A stretch of DNA of 64,000 nt, from positions 96,001 through 160,000 of IMG/VR virus record IMGVR_UViG_3300013121_000047, one strand, 5' to 3'. Positions 48,260 to 56,793 of the stretch are shown here, one piece after another; the stretch's first letter is position 1; the number at the start of each line of letters is the position of its first letter. A program made the position numbers and the translations under genes. Source of the DNA: a virus (taxonomy: Duplodnaviria; Caudoviricetes). The notes beneath the pieces were generated by a model. It saw only the letters and a program-made list of their open reading frames with translations, was not told the DNA's origin and did no database searches.

Positions 48260-49437
48260 CCTATAAGGGAATCCTTTTCAGTTAAATCTTTAACTTGTTT
48301 CCAACCTTTATCTGTTTGAACTAGATGATCTTCAGTAAGTTCAACAGTTTTACCATTTTCTACTTGAATTTTATAGACTTCTTTTTCTCCGTTTTCAACT
48401 TTAAAAAAGTCAGAACTATATTGAACTTCTCCAACATTGTCAACATAAGCAAGTTTATCCATTTCAGAAATATCTGAATATTTTTTCCACCCAGAGTTTG
48501 TTAACAATAAAGTTGCTTCTGTAAAACAAGACTTAATCTGTTTAAACAAGACCTTAATACTTGCTTCTAGTTGTGGATAATCTTCTAGCAATTGGTTAAA
48601 TGTTGGTGAATTTTTCGCCGCACTTTCATAAGAAAGAAACCACACACCACGATCAAATCCATCTTGTTTCTTGTCTTCGTCTAAAGTTTCTTTTTCAATT
48701 TTTTGAGTAATTGGATTAATAATTTCAAATGGAATTTGATATAATCTCGCCAGGTCTTTTATAAGAGATTTTAATTGAAGTTGGTTGTAGTTTGAAACAG
48801 GAAGCACGGATTCTTCTCCAAAATGTTCAGTTAATATTTTGATTGCCTCTTCTCTGTCTGCGCAATCGCTATTGTGACTCACGATTTCAGTTCCTACCGA
48901 CGAATAAATAACAAAATAAGAACCATCGACGGTTATATCAACAACGCTTACTTCTTCGCATGTAGATGGATTAAATCTTAATATATCTGATATAATACAT
49001 CCTTTAGAAGAATCTGTATTCAATAACTGTGTATCTTTTTTAAGATCTTTAATCTTAATATCTACTCCAAATTCATTTGGCAATCTATGGTTTTCGGTTG
49101 CTATGATGAAATCATTTTTTGAATTGAAATAAATCTGAAATAAAGGCTCATTATAATTTAATTTCCTTGTTTTCGTATACAATACTTTTCGTAAAAAACC
49201 TGATGGATCAATGATAAAATCACCAGGAATTAATTCTGATATAGGAATTTTACCTTTAGGAGTTTTTACCAATGTCGAAGGTATTAAACAATCTATATCA
49301 GGCAAAGAATTATGTGTTAAAAAAAATTTACCATCAATTTTATCACTGACATAAAATGTTTGATCATTCTCTATTCCAATATCTATTAAAAGAATAGGAG
49401 ATTCAGATTCTATCACTTTTATTTTTTTGATCTTCAT
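48250..49437 (-). CDS. dnaE: DnaE piece: IntC(43)-SLPDID-cis intein(140)-extein(114)-IntN(92)
   Basis: LTHN|SLPDID|CLIP...TENH...VSHN|SDCADR...KQIKS|CFTE...TEDH; lengths sum to 395. Confidence 0.92.
   Translation of the reverse strand: MKIKKIKVIESESPILLIDIGIENDQTFYVSDKIDGKFFLTHNSLPDIDCLIPSTLVKTPKGKIPISELIPGDFIIDPSGFLRKVLYTKTRKLNYNEPLFQIYFNSKNDFIIATENHRLPNEFGVDIKIKDLKKDTQLLNTDSSKGCIISDILRFNPSTCEEVSVVDITVDGSYFVIYSSVGTEIVSHNSDCADREEAIKILTEHFGEESVLPVSNYNQLQLKSLIKDLARLYQIPFEIINPITQKIEKETLDEDKKQDGFDRGVWFLSYESAAKNSPTFNQLLEDYPQLEASIKVLFKQIKSCFTEATLLLTNSGWKKYSDISEMDKLAYVDNVGEVQYSSDFFKVENGEKEVYKIQVENGKTVELTEDHLVQTDKGWKQVKDLTEKDSLIGWI
48871..49290 (-). mobile_element. Cis mini-intein inside the DnaE PDIDxD motif
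   Basis: C1, ATENH block B, VVDITV block F, SHN|S. Confidence 0.9.
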
Positions 49438-50338
49438 ATTTTACGACTAGTTCCTTTGATTTTTTATAGTTTCTTTGTTCAAGATTTGGAATCTTCAACC
49501 AAATTTCTGCTAATTTTAAGCCAGCAATAAATTCCTTCTGTGTTATTGTGATAATATTAAAATCAGCAGCAACAACGCTTTGTTTTGATAAATTTTTTGT
49601 CATTAAAATTTCAAAAGGTTTACCCGTATTTTCGACACCTTTTAATTCTACAAATAAATTCAAGTCTGGAAGAAAAAAATCTGGTGTATATGCTCCATTT
49701 TTAGTTGGAAACGTTTTAGATTCATATCGATATTTTATGTTAAAAAAATTAAGAACTCTTGCAAAATCTGCTTCTAGTGCACTTTTAAAATAATCACTAA
49801 ATCCTAAATCAATTCTATATCCTGTTCTTCCATTTAAATGGATTTTAATTTTTCCATTAGATTGATCAGTAAATTGACATTTTCTACTACAACGAATGAT
49901 ATGATTATCAGATTTTTTAACTTGAAATATTTTTTTACATGTTACACAAATTTTCGTTATTCTATTAGAATTATTAAAACATTCTCTTGAACAATATAAT
50001 TTGTTAATTCGACTAGGTTTTGCTTTAAATGCTTTGTTACAATTCAAACAAATTTTTATTATTGTTTTTATTTGGCTATTGTTTTTACAAATTATAGAAC
50101 AAAATGTTCTATTGCTACTTGTATAGGTTACAAACTGTGTATTACAATAATTGCATTTTTTATTAATTTTTCCCTCTTCTTTCTTTCTACCGAAAAGGTT
50201 TTTACATTTTTCTGTGCAAAATACTCTTCTTAAACAATTTCTGTTTCCGCGACTTTTTATTTCGGGTACAGTTATTAAAAACTGAGTTTTGCATTCTTTA
50301 CAAGATTTCAATAAATTCGTCTGTATTTTTGATTTCAT
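49403..50338 (-). CDS. Free-standing endonuclease (zinc-ribbon repeats + PD-(D/E)xK) between halves of split intein 2
   Basis: Four CxxC...F/YCSxxC repeats; [25 protein letters not shown]. Confidence 0.8.
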   Translation of the reverse strand: MKSKIQTNLLKSCKECKTQFLITVPEIKSRGNRNCLRRVFCTEKCKNLFGRKKEEGKINKKCNYCNTQFVTYTSSNRTFCSIICKNNSQIKTIIKICLNCNKAFKAKPSRINKLYCSRECFNNSNRITKICVTCKKIFQVKKSDNHIIRCSRKCQFTDQSNGKIKIHLNGRTGYRIDLGFSDYFKSALEADFARVLNFFNIKYRYESKTFPTKNGAYTPDFFLPDLNLFVELKGVENTGKPFEILMTKNLSKQSVVAADFNIITITQKEFIAGLKLAEIWLKIPNLEQRNYKKSKELVVKYEDQKNKSDRI

Positions 50339-50789
50339 CTGCTCTTAATTCTTTCCGAATACCTTCACGAAGCACAATCCATAAATGATTTGGACTACTT
50401 TTTAAAATTGTACCATTGTCAAGTTCAAAAACTATTATTCTATTATGAAACGAATTTTCTTTATGAACCACAGGTTTATAAGTTTGAGTATGTGTAAGAA
50501 CCATATCTCCAATATTTACATTTTTTAATTGTTTAACTTCATGTTGTGTTTTTATATAGGTATCAGGGGGTAAACACATTTTTTTCTTGCTCAAAAATCT
50601 TTCAAACAACAATCCATGTTTTATTGGGTCCACCTGGGTAATTCCTAAGAGGTAACAAACTAAAGATCCTGCGCCTGAATTATGAACAGGGATTCCTTCA
50701 ACATTGTAAGAAGACTTGTTTTCAACAGAAAGATCATATACTTTACCAGTATATCTTTTATATGTTTTTGATTTTAGTTTTATTGTCAT
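50298..50789 (-). CDS. dnaE: DnaE piece: IntC(37)-extein(34)-IntN(92)
   Basis: VYDLSV...VHN|[18 protein letters not shown]...LLFERFL..M|CLPP...SPNH. Confidence 0.92.
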   Translation of the reverse strand: MTIKLKSKTYKRYTGKVYDLSVENKSSYNVEGIPVHNSGAGSLVCYLLGITQVDPIKHGLLFERFLSKKKMCLPPDTYIKTQHEVKQLKNVNIGDMVLTHTQTYKPVVHKENSFHNRIIVFELDNGTILKSSPNHLWIVLREGIRKELRADEIKNTDEFIEIL

Positions 50790-50792
50790 TTA

Positions 50793-51275
50793 TTAGGATT
50801 CTCCATCTATGGTCCATGAACCCGATGAATAAAAAGTTAATTTTGGAACTACGTTGTTCAAAGGAAGACTATAAATCTCCGATACTATCCGCGCTTCATA
50901 TTTACACAACTCTTTAATTAACTTTTGATCAAATTTTGATAAAATCTTGGTGGAGACATCTGTGCAAAAATTATTTCTCGTAAAAAGATATGGTTGCGGG
51001 TTAAATTCTTCTTGAATTCCCGTTTCTGATAAAAAACGTATTTTTTTATAAATTTTAGCAGTTGTTTCCGTTGAACAGACACAGCCGAAACATATATCAA
51101 GGTAATAATAATTCATTTCTTCTAAAAGAAGAAAATTAGATTGATTTTCTAATACGAATTTTCTGTCGTGAAATTTAATATATTCTTCACTGCCAAGAAT
51201 AGTTTCGCAAAGTTTTAAACTCTGTTTTTCTGTATCTTCACTTATGGTAGGTACATATTTGAGATTTATTTTCAT
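50793..51275 (-). CDS. Hypothetical (L[TS]xxGI family)
   Basis: SNFLLLEE...FLSETGIQE. Confidence 0.5.
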   Translation of the reverse strand: MKINLKYVPTISEDTEKQSLKLCETILGSEEYIKFHDRKFVLENQSNFLLLEEMNYYYLDICFGCVCSTETTAKIYKKIRFLSETGIQEEFNPQPYLFTRNNFCTDVSTKILSKFDQKLIKELCKYEARIVSEIYSLPLNNVVPKLTFYSSGSWTIDGES

Positions 51276-51658
51276 GTTATTATTGGATCTTTTAAGCGAG
51301 CAGACCTATATTGAATTCCTATGTCTAACGAATAATATGCATTAAATGCAATTGGGCTCGGACAATGAATCCAATGAGAAGGAAGCACTTTGTTATTATA
51401 GCCATGAATACCAAATTCGGTCAATGCGACATAATCAATGTGGCAATACGTTGTTTGCCACATTTTATTAGAATCAATAAATGATCTTGCCAAGAAATAT
51501 TTTATTTCAAGTATAATTTTATCATTTTCGATATATTTTAACATTTCGTCATAAGTCCGTTTTAACTTTGATTCGAGTAAGTTTAAATTTACCGATTTGG
51601 AGATTTTTTGATACTCAACTTTTGTTAATTTTTCGTTTGTATCAATAATATCTTTCAT
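51272..51658 (-). CDS. Hypothetical (L[TS]xxGI family)
   Basis: NDKIILE...ALTEFGIHG. Confidence 0.5.
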   Translation of the reverse strand: MKDIIDTNEKLTKVEYQKISKSVNLNLLESKLKRTYDEMLKYIENDKIILEIKYFLARSFIDSNKMWQTTYCHIDYVALTEFGIHGYNNKVLPSHWIHCPSPIAFNAYYSLDIGIQYRSARLKDPIIT

Positions 51659-52044
51659 AACAGTTTAAGGTCTTTTGTAAGAGGGTCTATTTTTTCGTTT
51701 AAATGAGGCCCGATGCACAGACAGGTATTAGTAGGTTGCCCATGAAACTCGGTCAATCCTGCATCGGTAATTAAACTAACAGTAAGTCCAGACTCTTTTG
51801 CAGAATTAAATAACTTTATCAACTCATCTTCATTCTCAACGTAAACAACAATTTTTTTAAAATTACCGTTGATCCAAGATTCTTCTTCTTCTGTTAGGAG
51901 TTCCGAAACTTTTTTGTCTAAATTCTTTTTTATTTTATCTGTTAGCCATTTTATACTTGCATGTGCAAGTTGCGCTGCAATTTTCCCTTTACGGACATTT
52001 AAATCTTTGCGCCATACCAAAACTTGTTTGTAGTTTGTATTCAT
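51655..52044 (-). CDS. pth2: Peptidyl-tRNA hydrolase Pth2 (archaeal/eukaryotic type)
   Basis: KQV..RKDL..GKIAAQLAHAS, KIVV, DAGLTE, T..IGP. Confidence 0.92.
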   Translation of the reverse strand: MNTNYKQVLVWRKDLNVRKGKIAAQLAHASIKWLTDKIKKNLDKKVSELLTEEEESWINGNFKKIVVYVENEDELIKLFNSAKESGLTVSLITDAGLTEFHGQPTNTCLCIGPHLNEKIDPLTKDLKLL

Positions 52045-52059
52045 TTTTCACTTCCCATT

Positions 52060-52491
52060 TTAGATTTCTATCATAACTTTGTCGTTCACTTTTTCATTTT
52101 CTATTTCTATCCATAAACATAAGCTAGGAAATTTTAAAAGATTAACTTCTTCCCATTTTATTCTTTCTTCTAATTCAAAATTATTAATATTACAGTTTTT
52201 AATTTCATTTTCTGCAAGAAAATAACATTTAAAATGTTTCGTAATTGAGATTTCTTTTATTTCAGTATCAAGCCACAACCTATATGAAGGTTCATAAGAT
52301 AAAAACAAATAATTGTTATTGTATATATCAAAATATTTTTTTTGATTTATTTTTGCTTCTTCAAAAGTTCCTAAAAAAAATTCGTCTTTATTTTTCAAAT
52401 ATGAAATTACTGAGTCCACTGTTTTTTCTAACCAGGGGAATTCTATTTTAAGAAGTTTATAGCTTTTGAATTCATATGGTATTAGTCCCAT
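52060..52491 (-). CDS. Hypothetical (L[TS]xxGI family, divergent)
   Basis: NNNYLFLS...FLAENEI. Confidence 0.5.
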   Translation of the reverse strand: MGLIPYEFKSYKLLKIEFPWLEKTVDSVISYLKNKDEFFLGTFEEAKINQKKYFDIYNNNYLFLSYEPSYRLWLDTEIKEISITKHFKCYFLAENEIKNCNINNFELEERIKWEEVNLLKFPSLCLWIEIENEKVNDKVMIEI

Positions 52492-52492
52492 T

Positions 52493-52915
52493 TTACATTA
52501 TCCATACAGGTTCATTTATAACCACAAGTTTAAATTCTGTTGGTCTTGTTTCTTGTGTAAACAAATTTGATCTTAGTTCATATCCATTGTCGCCATCTAT
52601 AATTCTAAAATTTAAAAGATCTCTCACATTTAATCCATAAACACGCTCTTCTATTCCTTTTTGTGTTAAAACAGAATATTTTGTAAGTAGTATCCTATTG
52701 TCATCATATTCTCCATATAATCCATCACTAAAATATATTCTAAATTCTACAAATGGCTCATTTAAAAAAAGATAATTTTTATTTTCTGGCCAAGAGCGAA
52801 ATTCGACCTCTTTTTCTTTTAATTCAATTATCTTTTTTTCAAATTCTTGAGTATTTGCTATTCTTATAATTTCTTCATAAAGTTCAGAAGGGTTTTTTAA
52901 GGAAAACGTTTTCAT
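52493..52915 (-). CDS. Hypothetical (L[TS]xxGI family)
   Basis: LKEKE...KNYLFLNE...VLTQKGIEE. Confidence 0.5.
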   Translation of the reverse strand: MKTFSLKNPSELYEEIIRIANTQEFEKKIIELKEKEVEFRSWPENKNYLFLNEPFVEFRIYFSDGLYGEYDDNRILLTKYSVLTQKGIEERVYGLNVRDLLNFRIIDGDNGYELRSNLFTQETRPTEFKLVVINEPVWIM

Positions 52916-53757
52916 ATTGCTATCTCAAGTTCTGATTGAAGTTTTTGTGGTTTATCGAAGTTTTCAAAACAAAAATCTTCAATTTTAAATTCATAAAAGG
53001 ATTTGCTGTTGATTAATGAAATTAGCGGCTGGGATTCTAGTGGTTCTCTTTTGAAGATTTCATTTGCCGCGTTTAAGTGTCGATCATATATGTGAAGGTT
53101 ATGAACATAATGACAAAACTTACCTACTTTATATCCCAAATCCGAGGCAACCATTAACATTAGCCCATAATATTGGGCTTTGTTTATCCAATTTGCCATT
53201 ACATAATCTGAACTTCTTTGTATTAAGGTCATATCCAGAATGAATTGATCTTTTTCTTTTCTTACTGCCCAAATTGTTTCAAATGCACATGGATATAATC
53301 CATCTGATTCTAATAGATCAGACTCTTGATAAAGATTCATAATATGCCGTCTCCCGAATGGATTATATTTTAATCCATGAAGAAGTTTGTTCATTAAATC
53401 CCATTTGCGAACTGTTGCTCCGTAACGCTGACCAATTGTTCCATTTCCAATTTCCCACTCATCCCACCAATTAATTCCAAGTTTTTTTGCATCTTCTAAA
53501 TTAGAAGATTGTTGTTGATAAATCCAGAAAATTTCTTTTATTCCAGATTTAACAGCTGTATTTCGTAACGAGGTAAAAGGATACTCATCTTTTTCAATAT
53601 CATATTCTTCAAATACTTGAGTTATGAAAATACTATTAGCAGGTGTTCCGTCTTTATATTTTGGTCTTGGATTTTCATCCTTATTTCCCTTTGTGATGAG
53701 TTTATAAAGATTTTGTTTATAGTATTGGTCTGCTTTAGTTACCATCTTTTTAGTCAT
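52912..53757 (-). CDS. thyA: Thymidylate synthase
   Basis: WDEW, GRRH, LYPC, QRSSD, N..QY, HIYDRH. Confidence 0.95.
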   Translation of the reverse strand: MTKKMVTKADQYYKQNLYKLITKGNKDENPRPKYKDGTPANSIFITQVFEEYDIEKDEYPFTSLRNTAVKSGIKEIFWIYQQQSSNLEDAKKLGINWWDEWEIGNGTIGQRYGATVRKWDLMNKLLHGLKYNPFGRRHIMNLYQESDLLESDGLYPCAFETIWAVRKEKDQFILDMTLIQRSSDYVMANWINKAQYYGLMLMVASDLGYKVGKFCHYVHNLHIYDRHLNAANEIFKREPLESQPLISLINSKSFYEFKIEDFCFENFDKPQKLQSELEIAI

Positions 53758-53819
53758 TTATTTTATTCTTCCCAGTAAAATGCATAGAGTTCTGCATTCT
53801 CTATTTTATTTATTCTTCG

Positions 53820-55137
53820 TGAGCAGAAAACTTATGGCTTTATGCCATGAGTTGAATGCGATTCATTTGTTTATTTTTCAATATAATTTCTTAATGCCTC
53901 ATCTGAGACTCCAACTATCGATTATTATGTATCATTTTTAATATTTTCTTTTATACTTGTAAATCATGATCCAAAGATCATTAAGAGTAAAACTTTCCTT
54001 GTCTCCAAAAGACAAGGAAACACTCCTTAAAACGATGGAAGAATATTCTAAATGTTTTAACTTTTACTCTAATTGGTCTTCTGTTAACAAATCAACCTCG
54101 AAAAAGGTTGCCCATTCCAATTCTTATCAAGAATCAAAAAAACTATTTCCAAACCTACCAACTGCTTTAATTCAATCTGCAAGAGATTTGGCTCTTGAAT
54201 CCAATAAAAGCAAAAGAAGTAAAATGGTTCCAATAAAGAAAAAACACAGTTCCATTCGTTATGATGTTAGAACTTTTTCCTTTCGAAATCAACAATTAAC
54301 CCTTTCTTCTGTTGATAAAAGAATTAAAACAATCGTTTCTTTTTATCCTTATATTGAAAACTACTTCAAGAATTGGAAACTGCTGAAAACTGGTTATTTG
54401 TCAAAGGTTGGAAAACACTTTTATTTTACTTTTTTGTTCGAATCTGATAAAACAAAAGAAACCCAAGAAACAAAAGGAACGGAAACTGTTGGTTTGGATC
54501 GAGGAATAATAAACGTTATCGCAACAAGTGAAGGGGAATTAGTTTCAGGAAAACCATTAAGAAAAAACAAGAGGAAGTATTTATATTTAAGAAGGAAACT
54601 TCAAGCAAAAGGCACTCGGTCTGCGAAAAGATTCTTAAAAAGAATAAGCAGAAAAGAGAAGCGGTTCAGTTTGGATTTTCTTCATTGTTTATCAAACAAA
54701 CTTATCAAGAATGAAAACGTTAAAACATATGTTTTGGAGAATCTTTCAAGAATTAAACCCAAAAAATACAACAAGAAATCAAATAAAGTAGTTTCAAATT
54801 GGGGATTCAAGTTATTTGAAGGATTATTAAAGTACAAAGCAAAACAAAAAGGAATTAATATTGAGTTTGTTGATCCCATGTATACTTCCCAAATTTGTTC
54901 TGGTTGCCAAAACCAGAACAAAGAAAGTAGAGATAAGGGAATATATAGGTGTAGTGTTTGTAAACTAAAGATTCATTCTGATATTAACGCGGCAATGAAC
55001 ATAAAAAATAGGTTTTCAAAACCTCAAAAATTATCTTCAAGTTTGTCCTTGAAGCAGGTTGTAGTCAATCAACCAAACGCGAATAATGAGTAATTATTGT
55101 TTGCAAGCTCATAACATAAAAACTGTGAGCAGTTGAC
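53820..55137 (+). mobile_element. tnpB-only IS200/IS605-family element, copy B
   Basis: Left TGAGCAGAA-hairpin-TGAATGCGATT; right CAAG-CTCA...TGAG-CAGT-TGAC; TnpB highly similar to copy A. Confidence 0.85.
53966..55093 (+). CDS. tnpB: TnpB RNA-guided nuclease
   Basis: GLDRG, VLENL, CSGC/CSVC, SDINAA. Confidence 0.92.
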   Translation: MIQRSLRVKLSLSPKDKETLLKTMEEYSKCFNFYSNWSSVNKSTSKKVAHSNSYQESKKLFPNLPTALIQSARDLALESNKSKRSKMVPIKKKHSSIRYDVRTFSFRNQQLTLSSVDKRIKTIVSFYPYIENYFKNWKLLKTGYLSKVGKHFYFTFLFESDKTKETQETKGTETVGLDRGIINVIATSEGELVSGKPLRKNKRKYLYLRRKLQAKGTRSAKRFLKRISRKEKRFSLDFLHCLSNKLIKNENVKTYVLENLSRIKPKKYNKKSNKVVSNWGFKLFEGLLKYKAKQKGINIEFVDPMYTSQICSGCQNQNKESRDKGIYRCSVCKLKIHSDINAAMNIKNRFSKPQKLSSSLSLKQVVVNQPNANNE

Positions 55138-55164
55138 TCTAGACATTAAACCATATGCTAATAA

Positions 55165-55725
55165 CTAAGTTCCATCTACTATTTTAGTAGGTCCATCTTT
55201 TGTTTTTACAATTAACGCACGATTTGTAGCCAACCAACAATCGTTTGAATTCAAAAATTTATGACTTGCAATTTTTGCGTATTTCAGTGGTTTTTCTTTA
55301 TATTTCGAATAATCTTTTTCAAGAGATTCCATTCTTTTCTCTACATCCTTAACTGCATCTAAGGATTTTTCCACATTATCTTTTTCTTTTCTTGTTATTG
55401 AAAACCCTTTGTTTGTAAGTTTTGAAATATGGTAGTTGTCTAAAAACTGTTCAAAACTTACAGCTGTATAACAAGAATTAAATTTTAATATTTCGTCAAA
55501 TTTAAACTTTGCAATACAAACAGAGTTATCTTTCAACATTTCGTATATCCAATTTCTTTTTGATCTAAAAACCTCAAGCCTAAGTTTGTTTTCTAACTTT
55601 GAACTAAAATTTGGTTCTTTAATTAACTTTTGATCTAAAAAAGAAGTGTTCGCTTTCAAAGCGTGGTCCCCATCTAACATAGACCAAATAACAAAATTTG
55701 TATTTATTCCTTGAATTATTTCCAT
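55165..55725 (-). CDS. Hypothetical protein
   Basis: 186 aa; KLTNKGF may relate to the L[TS]xxGI family. Confidence 0.5.
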   Translation of the reverse strand: MEIIQGINTNFVIWSMLDGDHALKANTSFLDQKLIKEPNFSSKLENKLRLEVFRSKRNWIYEMLKDNSVCIAKFKFDEILKFNSCYTAVSFEQFLDNYHISKLTNKGFSITRKEKDNVEKSLDAVKDVEKRMESLEKDYSKYKEKPLKYAKIASHKFLNSNDCWLATNRALIVKTKDGPTKIVDGT

Positions 55726-55726
55726 C

Positions 55727-56236
55727 TTATTTTATCCTTATTTGACTTAGAGCAATCCTAAAACATACATTAGATTCCATTCCAGAAATGATTGGAAACT
55801 CTTCAATTCCTTTGTCTGTTAAAAACAATAGCCAATCGAGATTGTATTTTCCATTTTGCTTCTTCTCAAGAAAAATTGAATTTTTTATTAACGAAAATAA
55901 TTTTGTTGAATGAATTTTATCTCCTTCAATATGCCATGCCACTTCTCCATTTGTTTTCTCGAATGATGGTCCGTCTATACGGTGACGTATTCCATTCTGA
56001 AACCATTCTTTATGCCCATCTGGGCATTCAATTGCAGGTCCGTCTATTCGATGCCTTAACCCTTCAAGATACCAAAACTTGGTTCCATTCTTGTATTCAA
56101 TTGCAGGTCCATCAACCCGATGAAGTTTTCCTTCTTTAAACCAATAAAAAGCCTCTCGTTTTAATCTTAAACAACCTGTAAATTTTTTACTTTCGGCGTA
56201 ATCATTTAAATTTCGTGAATTACGGAATCTTCTCAT
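55727..56236 (-). CDS. HRxDGPA-repeat protein
   Basis: Three HR[VI]DGP[AS]xExxxGxxxW repeats; C-terminal FLTDKGIEE. Confidence 0.7.
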   Translation of the reverse strand: MRRFRNSRNLNDYAESKKFTGCLRLKREAFYWFKEGKLHRVDGPAIEYKNGTKFWYLEGLRHRIDGPAIECPDGHKEWFQNGIRHRIDGPSFEKTNGEVAWHIEGDKIHSTKLFSLIKNSIFLEKKQNGKYNLDWLLFLTDKGIEEFPIISGMESNVCFRIALSQIRIK

Positions 56237-56784
56237 TTAGACAAAACATACCTTCCATATGAAATGGGCGTTTTCTTTAAATCATTTTTGTAAAATGATT
56301 TTTCATCATAAACCCTATACGCTTCTTTTAAATGCCAATTTTTAGTAGATAAAAGTTTTTCTGGTGAAAAATCTATTTTCTTATCAAATTTATTATAAAG
56401 TTTTTGATTTTCGGTTTCATCTAATTCTGAAAAATATATCTCGGAAACCATATCGAAAAATTGATTATATATCTCTACTCCACCAATAACAAAAACTTTA
56501 ACTTCCTTGTCTTCAATTAGGGCTTGATTTTTTTCTTTCCATTCTTCAATCGAAGAGTAAATCTCGATTCCCTCTTTTTGATCTAAAGTTCTGCTAATAA
56601 CGTGGTTAATTCTTTTTGGAAGAGGTTTTCCTATTGATTCATAGGTTTTTCTTCCCATCACAACTATTTTATTTAGTGTCAAATCCTTAAACCACTTTAG
56701 ATCAGAAGGAAGAAACCAAGAAAGGGCATTATCGTTTCCGATATACCCTTCTTTAGTTGCTGCGACGATTAATGCTAGTGTCAT
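56233..56784 (-). CDS. folA: Dihydrofolate reductase
   Basis: IG.DN.L.W.LPSDL..FK, MGRKTYESIG.PLP.R, VIGG.EIY. Confidence 0.95.
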   Translation of the reverse strand: MTLALIVAATKEGYIGNDNALSWFLPSDLKWFKDLTLNKIVVMGRKTYESIGKPLPKRINHVISRTLDQKEGIEIYSSIEEWKEKNQALIEDKEVKVFVIGGVEIYNQFFDMVSEIYFSELDETENQKLYNKFDKKIDFSPEKLLSTKNWHLKEAYRVYDEKSFYKNDLKKTPISYGRYVLSK

Positions 56785-56793
56785 AGCGTTATG

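Noticed and set aside
47840-50338. Group I introns interrupting dnaE
   Set aside because: The intervening ORFs overlap the flanking dnaE ORFs, leaving no non-coding room, and each break falls between IntN and IntC.
14459-55093. TnpB ORFs as Cas12f/Cas14 with a CRISPR array
   Set aside because: No repeat-spacer array seen; each ORF is bounded by IS200/IS605-type hairpin ends.
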